Assembly (NCBI GenBank): GCA_013239625.1
Contig: MU053184.1
Coordinates: forward strand, 16,220-80,219
Origin: Lama guanicoe
Lineage: Eukaryota
Length of the DNA: 64,000 nt
Reading direction: 5' to 3'
Part shown: positions 25,690-37,199 of the stretch, piece after piece
Layout: each line of letters opens with the position of its first letter
How positions within the stretch are numbered: position 1 is the stretch's first letter
Notes under the pieces: generated by a model
Databases searched by the model: none
The model's input: only the letters and a program-made list of their open reading frames with translations
Told to the model about the DNA's origin: nothing
Position numbers and translations under genes: made by a program

Positions 25690-26480
25690 GGGCTGTTGGG
25701 CCAGGATGGTCAGAAGAAAGTCCATCTAGGCCACTCTGGTGAGTCCAGAGTCCCAGGGGAGCTGAGGACAGAGATGTCAATGTCCTGTCCTTGCTCAGAA
25801 AGGCTTTGTGGATGGCTTCACAGAGTAAGGGATCTTTGGACTGAAAGCTGGTGGACAAGGGATGATGGAGCTCTGGGTGGAGGGGACAGCAGGGCAAAGG
25901 CCTGGAGCCACAAAAGCCTGACATGTGGGAAGTGGCGGGTAACCGAGACAACTGGGGCTCCAGGACTCAGAGTGTCGATGCTGGGAGGGAATGGTGAGGG
26001 TGAAAAAGTGGGCCCTGGGCACCTGGTGGAGGTTTGAGGCTCTCTTCTGTAGGCTGTGGGAAGGTAAGATGGGATGGCCTCAGGGCGCTCAGGACAGAGA
26101 ATCTGTTGCCGCATCCACTGATGGGCTGTAAGGTTAAGTGACAGGGCCGTATAGGGCCAACTCTGGCTTCTGGTTTGAGAAGCTGGGTGGATGGTGTTGC
26201 CAGGAACTGAGGCATGGGATAGAAGTAATGAGTATAGAATTGAGCATTTTGAAATGTTGAAATCGAAGAGTCTGTGTCTAAGAAGGTGGGAGTTTGGGGA
26301 ATGCCAGGGTTCATGGGCAGAACAGGGAGCACCTGTGAGAAAGATGGAGGTGACAGGAAACTCTCCAGGTTCAGTTTCCCGGAAGCCCATGAAGGAGGAG
26401 GCACTTCTTAGGAGGAAGGCACTGGCGATCGTGTCACATGCCACAGAGGGGCCCAGCAGGAACAATGCAAAGATGGATTT
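25690..26480 (-). mobile_element. L2 fragment
   Basis: Purine-rich antisense L2 text: 'ctgggtggatggtgttgcca...gagcattttgaaatgttgaaatcgaagagtctgtg'. Confidence 0.6.
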
Positions 26481-26489
26481 GGCTCTGAA

Positions 26490-26720
26490 TCACTGGGCTG
26501 AGGGCATGGGCTTTGGGTTGAGATGAACCTGGGTTCAAATTCTGGTTCTAGTACCTAGTATCTCTAGGGTCACTTAATCTGAACCTCAGCTTCTAGATCT
26601 ATAAAATGGGGAGACGATAATAGTACCCATTTTATAGGATTGTAGCAAGGATTAAGTGGATTATTGTAGGTAAGGTACTAGGCATGGAACACTGTGAGCA
26701 GACACTGAATATTACTATTA
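26490..26720 (+). mobile_element. MIR
   Basis: 'acctgggttcaaattctggttct...ctgaacctcagcttctagatctataaaatgggg'. Confidence 0.8.
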
Positions 26721-26830
26721 CAGTTATGATAGATAAAAATGGTAACAGTATCTACTTACAAAACCGTGGTAAGAACTACGTGAGAGCAAGCTTGAAAGTC
26801 ATGTCTCTTGTCCAGTCCCAGACAGGTGGG

Positions 26831-27580
26831 TGTGATATTGTGATTTAAAATAAGAAATATGTATTTCGGCTTTGTTGCCTTTCCTGGCACAGATCTCCCC
26901 GAAGTCTTGGAATTTCCTGTGATGAGACCCATAAAGGTGTCTTTTGTTATGTTAATGAGGTGACTTGGAAAACACCTAAGGATGGGAGCTGGTTGCCAGG
27001 GGAACCAACCTTGTGATAAGAGGACTGGAACTTTCAGTCCCACCTCCCCAACCTCAGGGGAGAGAAGAGGGGCTGGAGATTGAGTTCGGCTGCCAAGGGC
27101 AGGGATTTAATCAATCATGCCTATGTCATGAAGCCTCCATAAAACCCCAAACAGTGGTGCACCTGGAGAGGGCACGGAAGCTCTGTGACCCTTCCTGAAA
27201 CCCTGCTCTAGACATCTCTTCCATGTAGTTGTTCTCGAGTTGTTTCCTTCTATAATAAACCGGTAATCTAGAAGGTAAAATATTTCTGCGTTCTGTGAGC
27301 TGGACTGATAATCAAATCTAAGGAGGAGGTCATTGGAACCCTTGACTAATCTGTCAGAAAGCTGCCCAGAAGCACAGGTGAGAACCTGGACTTGAGACTG
27401 GCATCTGAATTGGGAGCAGGAGCATTCTGGTGGGACTGAGCCCTTAACCTGTGAGATTTGATTGCATCTCCAGGAAGACAGTGTCAAAACTGAGCTGAAT
27501 TGTGGGGTGCCCAGGTGGTGTGGAGCATCGTTCAGATATGTAGGAACTACCCCCCCACACACACACATATCCTGAAATGG
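26831..27580 (+). mobile_element. MER21-type ERV solo LTR
   Basis: Starts tgtgatattgtga. Diagnostic 'gatttaatcaatcatgcctatgtcatgaagcctccataaaacccc' and 'gtgggactgagcccttaacctgtg'. Confidence 0.8.
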
Positions 27581-28639
27581 GGAGCAAGAACCCTTAGTGG
27601 GGGTGAGAGCTGCCAGGGAGAAGGCGTCTGCTGGGACCAGGCCAGGAGGAGTGTCGTGTGGGCTGGAGAGAGGCCTGGGGTCTGAACCAAGTCTGGGAGT
27701 ACTAGATTCAAGTTCAGTACTCTTGGGGTCTGATCTGAGAGGTCTGAGAAATGGTAATACTAGGTGGGAGTCTGGGTTTTTTTTCAGCGAGAGTCTGACA
27801 AAATCGAGACAAGGCTGGTTTTGAGAGGGTGAGGAGAGTGAGCCTTCTAGGCAGATGTGGGCAGTGTGGGCTCAAACGGTGGGTGCTTGCTTTGTGGGTG
27901 CAGCTTAGCTCCCTTGTGGCCCCGCGCTGAGGTGCACAGGCAGGAGATCTAGAGTCTGAGTGTCTGGCTCCCACTGGCCCAGGACCAAGGCCTGGAGAGC
28001 TGAGCCTGCAGGTGACAGGGTGCATTCTGAGCATCTGGAGATCATTGTTCATGGACTCACTGATGATGTGAGGATGTCTAGACTGGAAATGTAAGTCAAG
28101 ATGGTGTTGGGAGTTCATGCTTTAAAGTTCCTTGATTTCAAATACATTGCAATGTTAGATTAACTATTTCAAAAGAACTTAAACATAGCCACATTCAGCC
28201 AGATGAACAGCTCTGTGGGCCAGAAACAACACAGAAGAGTTGTTGGGCTCCTGGGTTTGGGAATAGGCAGACGGGGCTTGAAATATTGCTGTCATGAGAT
28301 GACAGGCACCAGGAGTTTTGGCCTCATGACTGGACCCTGAACGGCTTACTGCCAGCTCTTCAAAAGGACTAGAAGAAACTTTAATCACTGCTTGGAGATG
28401 TAGCATGTTGTAGAGCTGAGTGCCTGGGTGGAGAGAAGGTGCAGAGGAAGCCATACCACCAGGACCTCAAGGGGCCAGTGCTGCCCCAGTGACTTGACCT
28501 GTGACACCCCCAAGATCACTTTGGAATAGGAAGCCTGAGTCACCATGACCAGAGCTGATTCCGGGCTGGGAGTCCTAAGGGAGGGAAATGATCAGCTCCC
28601 AGACAGGGAGGGATGAGAGACGAGAGTGGGGCGGTGAGA

Positions 28640-29270
28640 GGGAAATACTCCAAATGAACTTGCCAACAGAAGTTCCAAAGCACATGAGGAAAACGAATAC
28701 CAAGAAAGACAGCCAACAGGCTCACAAATCAGTAGAATTCACTCCTATTGAGAGGGAATAATAGGGCAATCTGAGAATTACTTTAAAATGAGTACATCTG
28801 AGATTCTTAAAGATATAAAGGAAGGAATAACACCTAAACAGAGCACGAAATCATGAAACAAAAACAGGCAGGTAGAAATCAAGAACAGGTGTATATGAAA
28901 CTAATTGGACACTGGAAATGAAAAATCAAGTAACTGGAATAAAAACACGTTCAGCAGACAAGGTCGGCTTTGGACTGGGTATGCTCAAGGGTGCATGAGT
29001 GATTTGAGAGAGACCAGCGGGGAGGTCACCAGAACGCTGCCCAGAGAGAAAAGATGGAAATAGGAAAGAGAAGTTGAGAGACAAAGAGGACAGACTGAGA
29101 GTCTCCAACAGATGGGCTCCCAAAATAGGGAACTGAAGGAATTGGAGAAAAGCAGTTTTCAGGAAGATAACAGCTGAGAAGGTTCTGAAATGGAAAACAG
29201 ACACGGGTCCTCAGATGAGAAGCCCACATTAAATGCTGAATAAGTAAGCATGCACCTAGCGCAGGGCCTG
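28640..29270 (+). mobile_element. Ancient L1/HAL1 ORF1-region relic
   Basis: A-rich degenerate ORF1-like text: 'gagattcttaaagatataaaggaagg', 'gataacagctgagaaggttctgaaatgg', 'ggtcctcagatgagaagcccac'. Confidence 0.55.
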
Positions 29271-29329
29271 GTGGACAAATCGTAGCTGTGCAGCAGATAG
29301 CAGTTTCTTTTCCTTCCCTCCTTCCTTCC

Positions 29330-29700
29330 TCCTTCTTTCTAGAAACAATTACTGGACATCTGATATGAGCTTGACACTGCGCTGGGTGGTGACGAAGATA
29401 ACTAATGCCTTCCCCCTGACAGGAGCCGAGCGTTTGGTAGGAAACACAGACAGGGAAGTAAGTCTATGCAGTAGAGCTACCTGGCCTGTGACAGATGTCG
29501 CCATAGAATCTGGAAAGTACGGAAAGGAAGGAAAGATGAGTGTGTGTGTGAGGCTCGATAGACTAGGTGGTGCTTCCGTAGTGTCATGAACGGGGACAAG
29601 CAAAGGAGAGGGAACAGCATGGACAGAGGCCCAGAGGCCCATGCTTTTTCACTTGGGGAAACGGCAGGCAGCTTCCTGAGGCTGGAGTGTAGGGCTTGAG
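29330..29700 (-). mobile_element. L2 fragment
   Basis: Antisense L2 3' text: 'gagggaacagcatggacagaggcccagagg'. Confidence 0.6.
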
Positions 29701-31317
29701 GGGCACGTGTATCCCTTCCCTTTATTTACTCTATGTGTTAGGAACGCCCCAAAGTAGGCTCTGTGGGGCCAGCGCTATCCCAGAGCGTACCCAGCAAGGT
29801 CCGTGGACAGCTGGCCTTTAAAAAGAGTCTTGCTGATTCACCTGCAGAGATGCAGAGCTATCTTTGTGGATGTATTTTATTGACTGATTTCTGGAGAAGA
29901 AAGGTTCGATGCCTTCCACAGATGCTCTGTGTAGCTCACACTCAGGTGCTCCTAAAACCTGAATCCCTTAGAGCAAGTGCTCGCGGAGGTGTTGATACCT
30001 TGGAGGGAGGCTGACCTGCCCCTGCGGATCCCTGGCTGATTCACTGGGGGAGAGCTTCCTGGCTTCTCTGTTCTTCTGTCTGGCACTGAGGAATGACAGT
30101 GCCCGCCGCTCCCGTGTTTCACAGACATGTTGTTATCAGGAACATTGGCGACACTCTTTGATATATGGAGATGAAAGATACTGAATTAATTCAAAGCTTT
30201 ATTTGTTGTTTTTCACTATTATTACTAGTTAAATTGCTGAGCGCACTTTTGACAGTCCTGTCAGAAGCTCTCCCATATGTCCTCTCCCTGGAAGAGTAAA
30301 CGTTGCCTTCAGAGGCATGACTACTATTTTTTTTTCTTTCTCGGCAGTGAAAAATGACTTCAAATCCTAGTATTTAGGATGATGAAATTTTTGATGTACT
30401 CTGTCCTCTTTCATGCTCAAACTGTACTCCCCACTCCTGTCTGAAAATGAAAAGTTAAAGGAAAACTCAGAAGTCAGCCTTGCCTTGGCCTCCAGAACCC
30501 CCAAGGGTCAGTGTGAGGAGACCATCATCTGCTGGACAATAGGGAGGGGTGGTCACTCGGAAACAGAGACTTCGTGGCTATTTAGTTTCCTGGTGTGTGT
30601 GAGAAGGGCCATGTGTGGTTCTGGTCTAAAGGGCTGGCTGTTCCTGTCTCTTGAGACACCCCTGAATACAGATCTACCTTCTTTCCTAGACTACAGGCTC
30701 CTTAAGAGCCTTGATTTTGTGCAACCATCTCTGTGTTCTGGGTAGAAAAGAATTCTTTGAAGCTAACAGTGTAAGCTTTTAAGGTCCTTCGTCTTAGATC
30801 TCATCCAAGGCCCTAGGAGAAGCCCCAGCAACAGGTTCACGTGTTTTTGTAAAACTGGCGAAAGTAAGATATTTTAACAACAATCAGTTAAAAGCAGAGT
30901 CTCTTCCTGTCCAGCTTCTCCTCCATCACACTTCCCGTTTGTGACCAGGTAGTGTGGGGTGACCATGAGCACTTTTGGGATTGTGCTAAAGGAAAGTTGT
31001 TTGTAGATATGCCAATTTGACTGCAATTTGCAAAGATCATTTAGAACATATCAGTAGAACAAATAAGAATTTACAGATTCTTGGTTTGGACCGGTTAGAT
31101 GAGTACCTTCTTTGGTTGTCTTCATTTAGTAAAGAACTATGAGAAAATTCAGATGAAGATTAATAGACTGTGAAATGAAAGCAATGGGATACATGATTAA
31201 ATCAATAAAATCCTTCACTTCCTGATGTGAGAAGTTTCAACAAAAAATTCAGATTCTATTAAAAGGAGGATGTCTATAAGAAAAAGAGATACATTTTTTA
31301 ATTGAATGACACTTAAG

Positions 31318-31488
31318 GCCAGACAGTTCTTACCTGTAGCTATCCTGGATGCTGTAGAATGTTTAGTGGCATCCTTGGCTTCTGCTCACTAGATATCAGA
31401 GTTACCTCCCTAGTTGTGATAACTGAAAATGTCTGCAGACATTGCCACATGGTCCCTGGGGGAAAAATAGCTCCTTCTGAGAAGCACT
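31318..31488. mobile_element. MER20 hAT MITE
   Basis: 'tgtagaatgtttagtggcatcc...gttgtgataactgaaaatgtctgcagacattgccacatg...ctgagaagcact'. Confidence 0.8.
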
Positions 31489-31489
31489 A

Positions 31490-33090
31490 ACAAATGCACT
31501 GAAGGTGGAGGGTGGATAGAAAAGAAAGAAGCTAAAGGAGCTGACTTAAGTACTTTTGGAAATCTGTGTTTTGACTTGACACCGTAAAACCAAAGACAGG
31601 AAGTACTGCACACATGCTTTTCCTGTGGGGATAAGGATTAGCAGTCCTGAAACTGCTTTCTGTGTGTGTACCCTAGGGTTGAACACATAAGTAAACGTAT
31701 TATAGATAGTGAGAGCCAGCTTTCTCACTGTAAGAGGAAGAAGTTACAAGTAAGGAAAGAGGGAAGTGTAGAATGAAAATTGTGATGCTGGACTGGACTC
31801 AGAAAATTAGCAGGAACTCTCAGTGTATGAATAATATACACATACACATGTAAACATGCGAACACACAGGTAGATACAGAAATAAATATAGGGGTGCATG
31901 CGTGCAGGTATTAATTCACATGCTCATACTTTATTCCTCTGTCCACTGGATGGGCCCAGAAGCAGCGACATCCCAGGAGCAGCGAGCAAACCTGTGTGCA
32001 CATCTTGGTCCCTAAATACTCTCTGTGAAAGGGAGCCAGGATTCCTTGCATAAGTGGCTGATTCCAGGGTAGGGATGGAGAAAAGACAAGATGAGCCTGG
32101 AGCAAAAATACGAAGTCCTAAAAACAAAAACAAAAACGGCCCCCAAAAGTGGGAGCACGTTGAAGGGTGCAGGAATCAATCTGAAAGAACTTCCAGTGGT
32201 CTGAACTAGGAGAATTTTAGCAAAAAGTAAATTAGGAGAGTATTGGATTATAACCCAGAGAATAAAATAATCATGAGTCCATACTCATATGAAAAGTAAT
32301 TGATAAATAAACCAATGTGGGAGAAGGGACAACTCTTCCATAGTTGTAAATGAATAAAGGTGGAATGAGAGAAATAGAAATCCACCATTAAAACTACAGT
32401 ATTACGACAGTAATAATAGCTATAAGCAAGTTTCACCGATGGATAATAAAAATAGAAGATGAAAGTTTAAAGAGAATCAAGCCTTTTGCATAGTCTCAGA
32501 ATATCTTCTGCCAAATATTTATTAAATACAAATGGAGAGATAGTAACTTCCCAGTGGAGAAATCTGGCACGTGGCACCGTAACCAAGGATGGAGATTAAC
32601 ACCACCTTGGTAAGACAAAGCAACATCATGTCCCCCTGATGATAAACTCGGGACTGTCACCTCTGTGGAATTCTTTCCAGTAATGTATACGTAATTAATT
32701 TAATTTAATCGTGAGAAAACCCCAGGAAGTTCAAACTGAGGGAGCTTCTGCAAGGTGTCTGACCAGTGCCCTTCACAAAGGTCAAGATCATGAAAGACAG
32801 AGGAAGGCTGAGGAACTGCCACCAGTGGGAGGAGACCAGAGGAACAGCAACTGTGTGCAGTGTGGGTGGAATACCTGGGACAGAGAAAGGAGGGAAGTGG
32901 AAAAACTAGTGAAATCTAAATAAAGCTCAGAGCTTTATTCATAGTGTACCAATGTTAATTTTTAAAGTTGGATGATTGTCCTAGAGCTACATAAAATGTT
33001 TACATTAGGGGAATCTGGGTGAACTCTCTGTGCTGTTGTTGCCACTCTTCTATAACTCTAAAATTATCTCAAAACAAAAATTTAAAAAAA
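31490..33090 (+). mobile_element. L1MC-like 3'UTR
   Basis: 'gagagccagctttctcactgt', 'taacttcccagtggagaaatctggca'; ends 'aaaattatctcaaaacaaaaatttaaaaaaa'. Confidence 0.75.
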
Positions 33091-35819
33091 TTTCAGTTAA
33101 CCACACCAGAGGAAAGATCAAATTACCTTTATAACTTTTAGTTGGGAGGTATTAAAAAATAATTATCACGTAAAGTGGGAATGTCAAAGTATGCAGCCAA
33201 AATTGTAGGAAAATCAATGTTACAAAGATGGGTAGAACAGTCAAGTAAGAAAAACATTTGTTGTTTTTATGGATTTTGTGGTGCTTTTTATTTATCAGCT
33301 TCTTGTAATTTGTGGTGATTTCTCTTATCTTAAATAATATTCATTTTTGTACTTCAGTTTGTATTCTTGTAATCAGAGGAAGGCACAGAAGGCCATGTCT
33401 GTTACCCATGTTGGTTTCTTGTCCTGTTGTTTCTATTGTCCTGGTCCTGATGGCTGTGAAAGGGACTGTCTTCTCCATAGCTTCACCCCCATTCTCTCTA
33501 CATAATGGTGAGGTCAGCAGCCTCCCTGCTCCCTCAGTGACAGCTTTAACACAGTCATGGAGTGTCTGCAAAAGAGACAGACCCAGTGGATAAATAAAGT
33601 TCTTGGAATCCTCCTAACTAGAATGCTTTGCTCCTAAATTTCCTGGATATCTCTCCAGTCATCCAAATTTACTCCTCTTTCTGTATTTCATCCTCTCCAT
33701 CAGTTGAGCTTAATTATTTGGGATCTCCAGTGATGAGAAGAAAGACTTGCTTATTCTTTTATTTTTTAGATTATTATATTCTGTCCTAGAAAAATATTCT
33801 CTCTTTGGAATGGAAGAAAAAGAAAGAATTCTTTCCAAGACATTCTAATCCTAACCTAACCATTGTAAATATTTTGGTACATCTCCTTCCTGTCTTTTTC
33901 TTATGCATGAGCATGTAAATATGTATGTGTATTTTGAAACATAATGGTGATAATGCTGTATGTACCATTTTGTTTTGTGCTAACAGCACAACATGAATAT
34001 TTTCCCACAGTACTTTATGTAATCTTTATATACATCATATTAGTAACTGTGCACTCTTCCATTGAATGAGTATCATAGTTTGCTTAACCATTCCTGGATC
34101 ACTGGATGCAGCAATGGACTTTATTCATGGAGTTTCTGTGTGTGCCTGTGTGCTTGTGTATGTCTGTGTGTCTATGTGTGACTTTTATGGGATGCACTAA
34201 GGAAGGGCAACCAGAAACCATCAGATAGGGGTAAGCACTTTAAGCAAGGACAGAGTCTCTGCCAGGTCCCTGGAATCGAACCTGGGAGGCTGTGAGAGGT
34301 TGGGGACACACCAGTAGACAGACAAGTTTTGGCTCTAGGGAGGAAGCTTTCTGGTTGAAGTAGACGGTTTTCTACCTCCCTGATGAGTGCCTAAGGGAAT
34401 GTTGATTAAGCACCAGGAGAAATGAAAATTAATGCAAATGTCTGTTAGCCACTAAAGCCCAAGGAAGGACAGGAATGAGACATTGCAGCTGAGAGGAAAT
34501 GCAGTCCATAATAATGGGGCAAACAGCATGTGTGGGGACTTCCAATGAAGACAGAGACTAGCAGCGTAATTAAATCAAGTCCTCGGACAGTGGAGAAACA
34601 GGGCCGTTGATGTGCTGAAGCCCACTTTGCAGCAAAGGAGGCACATCTTGACACATTAGACATTAGAGCCTTGGCTTCCAGTGTCTGCGGTTGCCACGCA
34701 GATCCTGTGGTCCAGCATCTCAAAGAGAATAATTGTGCTAATTAGTAATGTGAATGATACAGAGGGCCCTGAGTCTGCAGACTTGCTTAAGGTAATGGAA
34801 TGCAGATGGTCATCTACATATTTGGAAAAACAAACACTATTTTACCGAGGGAGGGGACTATTCAGTTAAGAGACTTTTGTGGATCGTTTGCCTCCTACAC
34901 AGTCCACATACTTTGAAGGATACTGGTGACATTCAAAAGTCCAGCAATGCTTGGCATGGAAAGAAGAATGGGAACTTAAGACACATCAGCCCAGGAACTC
35001 TGTAAAAGCCAGCTCAGCGCTCTGAAGCAAGCTGGTGTTGGAGATAGTCACCAATGCACCAGGGAAGTCCCGAGGATTATGGGGGCTGCCACTCAGCCCA
35101 GAGAAAGGGCTTTGTATCAGAAGCCCCAGCTCCTGGCATATATGCCACATTGATGCCCCTGACTTCCCACAGATGCTTCTAAACAAAGCAAGCGAGCTAT
35201 TCTACACACGTCCACAGACCCTGCCAAGTCAAGAGAGTCGAGATTCTCTCAGGGGCCTGTTCGGCTGCTCAATGGAGAGGGAAGATGAAAGAAGGGAAAT
35301 TGTTCTTCTGGTGCAGAATGGAGCAGGCTGCAGCGAGTCCCTGTACCAGGCTGGCATTTGACAGTGAAAGAGTTATTTCTGAGCCAAATATACAGAGGAT
35401 GTCATTGCCCTTTTTAAAGTGACTGTTTTTTTTCTATCCAGTGGAGGCAAAATCATTATGTGGATTTATTTCCGATAAGGCATTGGTTTTCAGAACGGAA
35501 AGGTAATCAATTCTAGTGACAGAAATTAGTAAACAATTTTTGCATTCTGTTTCCTGCCCCTCCTAAGATGATATCCCACACTTCAGCACTGATGCTCTTT
35601 GTGATCTATGCATTTTCCGGCTTTATCCTCCATCACAGTTCTACCAAGATGATGCCCCAGCTAACCTTGTGGTTTCTAGAACATATTTGGCTCTCTGTTA
35701 GTCCTGTAGGTCCTGAAATGTTGACGAAATAGGTTATTTTCTCTGTCATATATGCTGTTCTCTGGTGATCTCTCATGTGTCCTGAAGATCCAACTTGACA
35801 TTCACCTCCTCAGGGAATC

Positions 35820-37199
35820 TGTATATCAGACAAGACCCCAAAAGGAGACAGAGGATATACTCACATTAGGGTGATTCCATAGAAGTTTAATAACAATACC
35901 AGTAGAAAAAATAGAGGTGCTAGTCAAAGAAGAATGGACAGTGTGTGGACCCATTGGCATCCCTAAGTCCAGAAGGATGAGAAAAAGGAGAAGTTACCAG
36001 AATTCAAACTCAGAGGCTTTAAGTTATGCATAAAAAGCCATCTGGAGAGAAGTCAGGCCTAGTTAATCAGACACGTGCTTTGTATATATATTTTGTTATT
36101 GAAGTATAGTCAGTTTACCATGTTGTGTCAATTTCTGGTGCACAGCATAATGCTTCAGTCATACATGAAAACGCATATATTCATTTTCATATTCTTTTTC
36201 ACCATAAATTACTATAAGTTATTGAATATAGTTCCCTGTGCTATACAGTATAAACTTCTTACTTATCTATTTTATATATATTACTTAGTATCTACAAATC
36301 TTGAGCTCCCAATTTATCCCTTCCCACCTTGTTCCCCACCTGGTAAACATAAGTTTGCTTTCTATGTCTGTGAGTCTGTTTCTGTTTTGTAAATAACTTC
36401 GGTTTTCTTTTTTTTTTTTTTTTAGATTCCACATATAAGTGTTATATGATATTTTTCTTTCTCTATCTGGCTTACTTCACTTAGAATGACATTCTCCAGG
36501 TCCATCCATGTTGGATGGGGCATTATTTTATTCTTTTTATGGCTAAGTAATATTCCATTGTATAAATATACCACAGCTTCTTTTATCTAGTCATCTGTTG
36601 GTGGACATTTGGGTTGTTTCCATTGCTATTGTAAATAGTGCTGCTGTGAACACTGGGATGCAGATGTCTTTTTGAAGTAAGGTTCCCTCTGGATATATGC
36701 CCAGGATTTGGATTGCTGGATCATATGGTAAGTCTATTTTTAGTCTTTTGAGGAATCTCCGTACTGTTTCCTACAGTGGCTGCACCAAACTGCATTCCCA
36801 CCAATAGTGTAGGAGGGTTCCCTTTTCTCCACAGCCTCTCCAGCATTTGTCATTTGTAAACTTTTGAATGATGGCCATTCTGGCTGGTGTGAGGTGACAC
36901 CTCATTGTAGTTTTGGTTTGCATTTCTTTGATAATTAGTGATACTGGGCAGTTTTTCATGTGCCTGTTGGCCACTCACATGTCTTCACTGGAGCATTGCT
37001 TGTCTAGGTCTTCTGCCTCTGGGCGCCATCTCCTCCCTTCCTTTGATCTCCTGCTAGAGCTCCCCATTAACCACCCCCAACCAGATGCCAGAGGCCTTGT
37101 TGTTGAGATCCACGTGGATCAGCCTGGGGACAGATAGTAAGGCAGATAAGAGGAGGAAGGAGAGTGGGTCTGGAGGAGAATTGGAAACTGTCTAGCACA
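35820..37199 (-). mobile_element. ERVL 3' LTR (about 440 bp net), split by an L1 at ~36085-37018
   Basis: TG...CA termini (35820, 37199). On the - strand the LTR start is preceded by a polypurine tract AAAAGGGTGG-CC (37200-37212), as expected for an ERVL 3' LTR. Confidence 0.7.
36085..37018 (-). mobile_element. Young L1 3' fragment
   Basis: ORF 36771-36974(-) '[38 protein letters not shown]...[11 protein letters not shown]' is the L1 ORF2 C-terminus. Confidence 0.92.

Larger units (their letters stand above)
30780..33375 (+). mobile_element. Zaphod-like hAT-Tip100 transposon relic split by MER20 and L1MC insertions
   Basis: Left arm 'ttttgtaaaactggcgaaagtaagatattttaac...ccatcacacttccc'. Right arm (33095-33375) 'gaggaaagatcaaattacc...agtatgcagccaaaattgtaggaaaa'. 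Confidence 0.65.

Noticed and set aside
25543..26526. ORFs of 111-215 aa
   Set aside because: They lie in an L2 relic and have no coherent protein signature.
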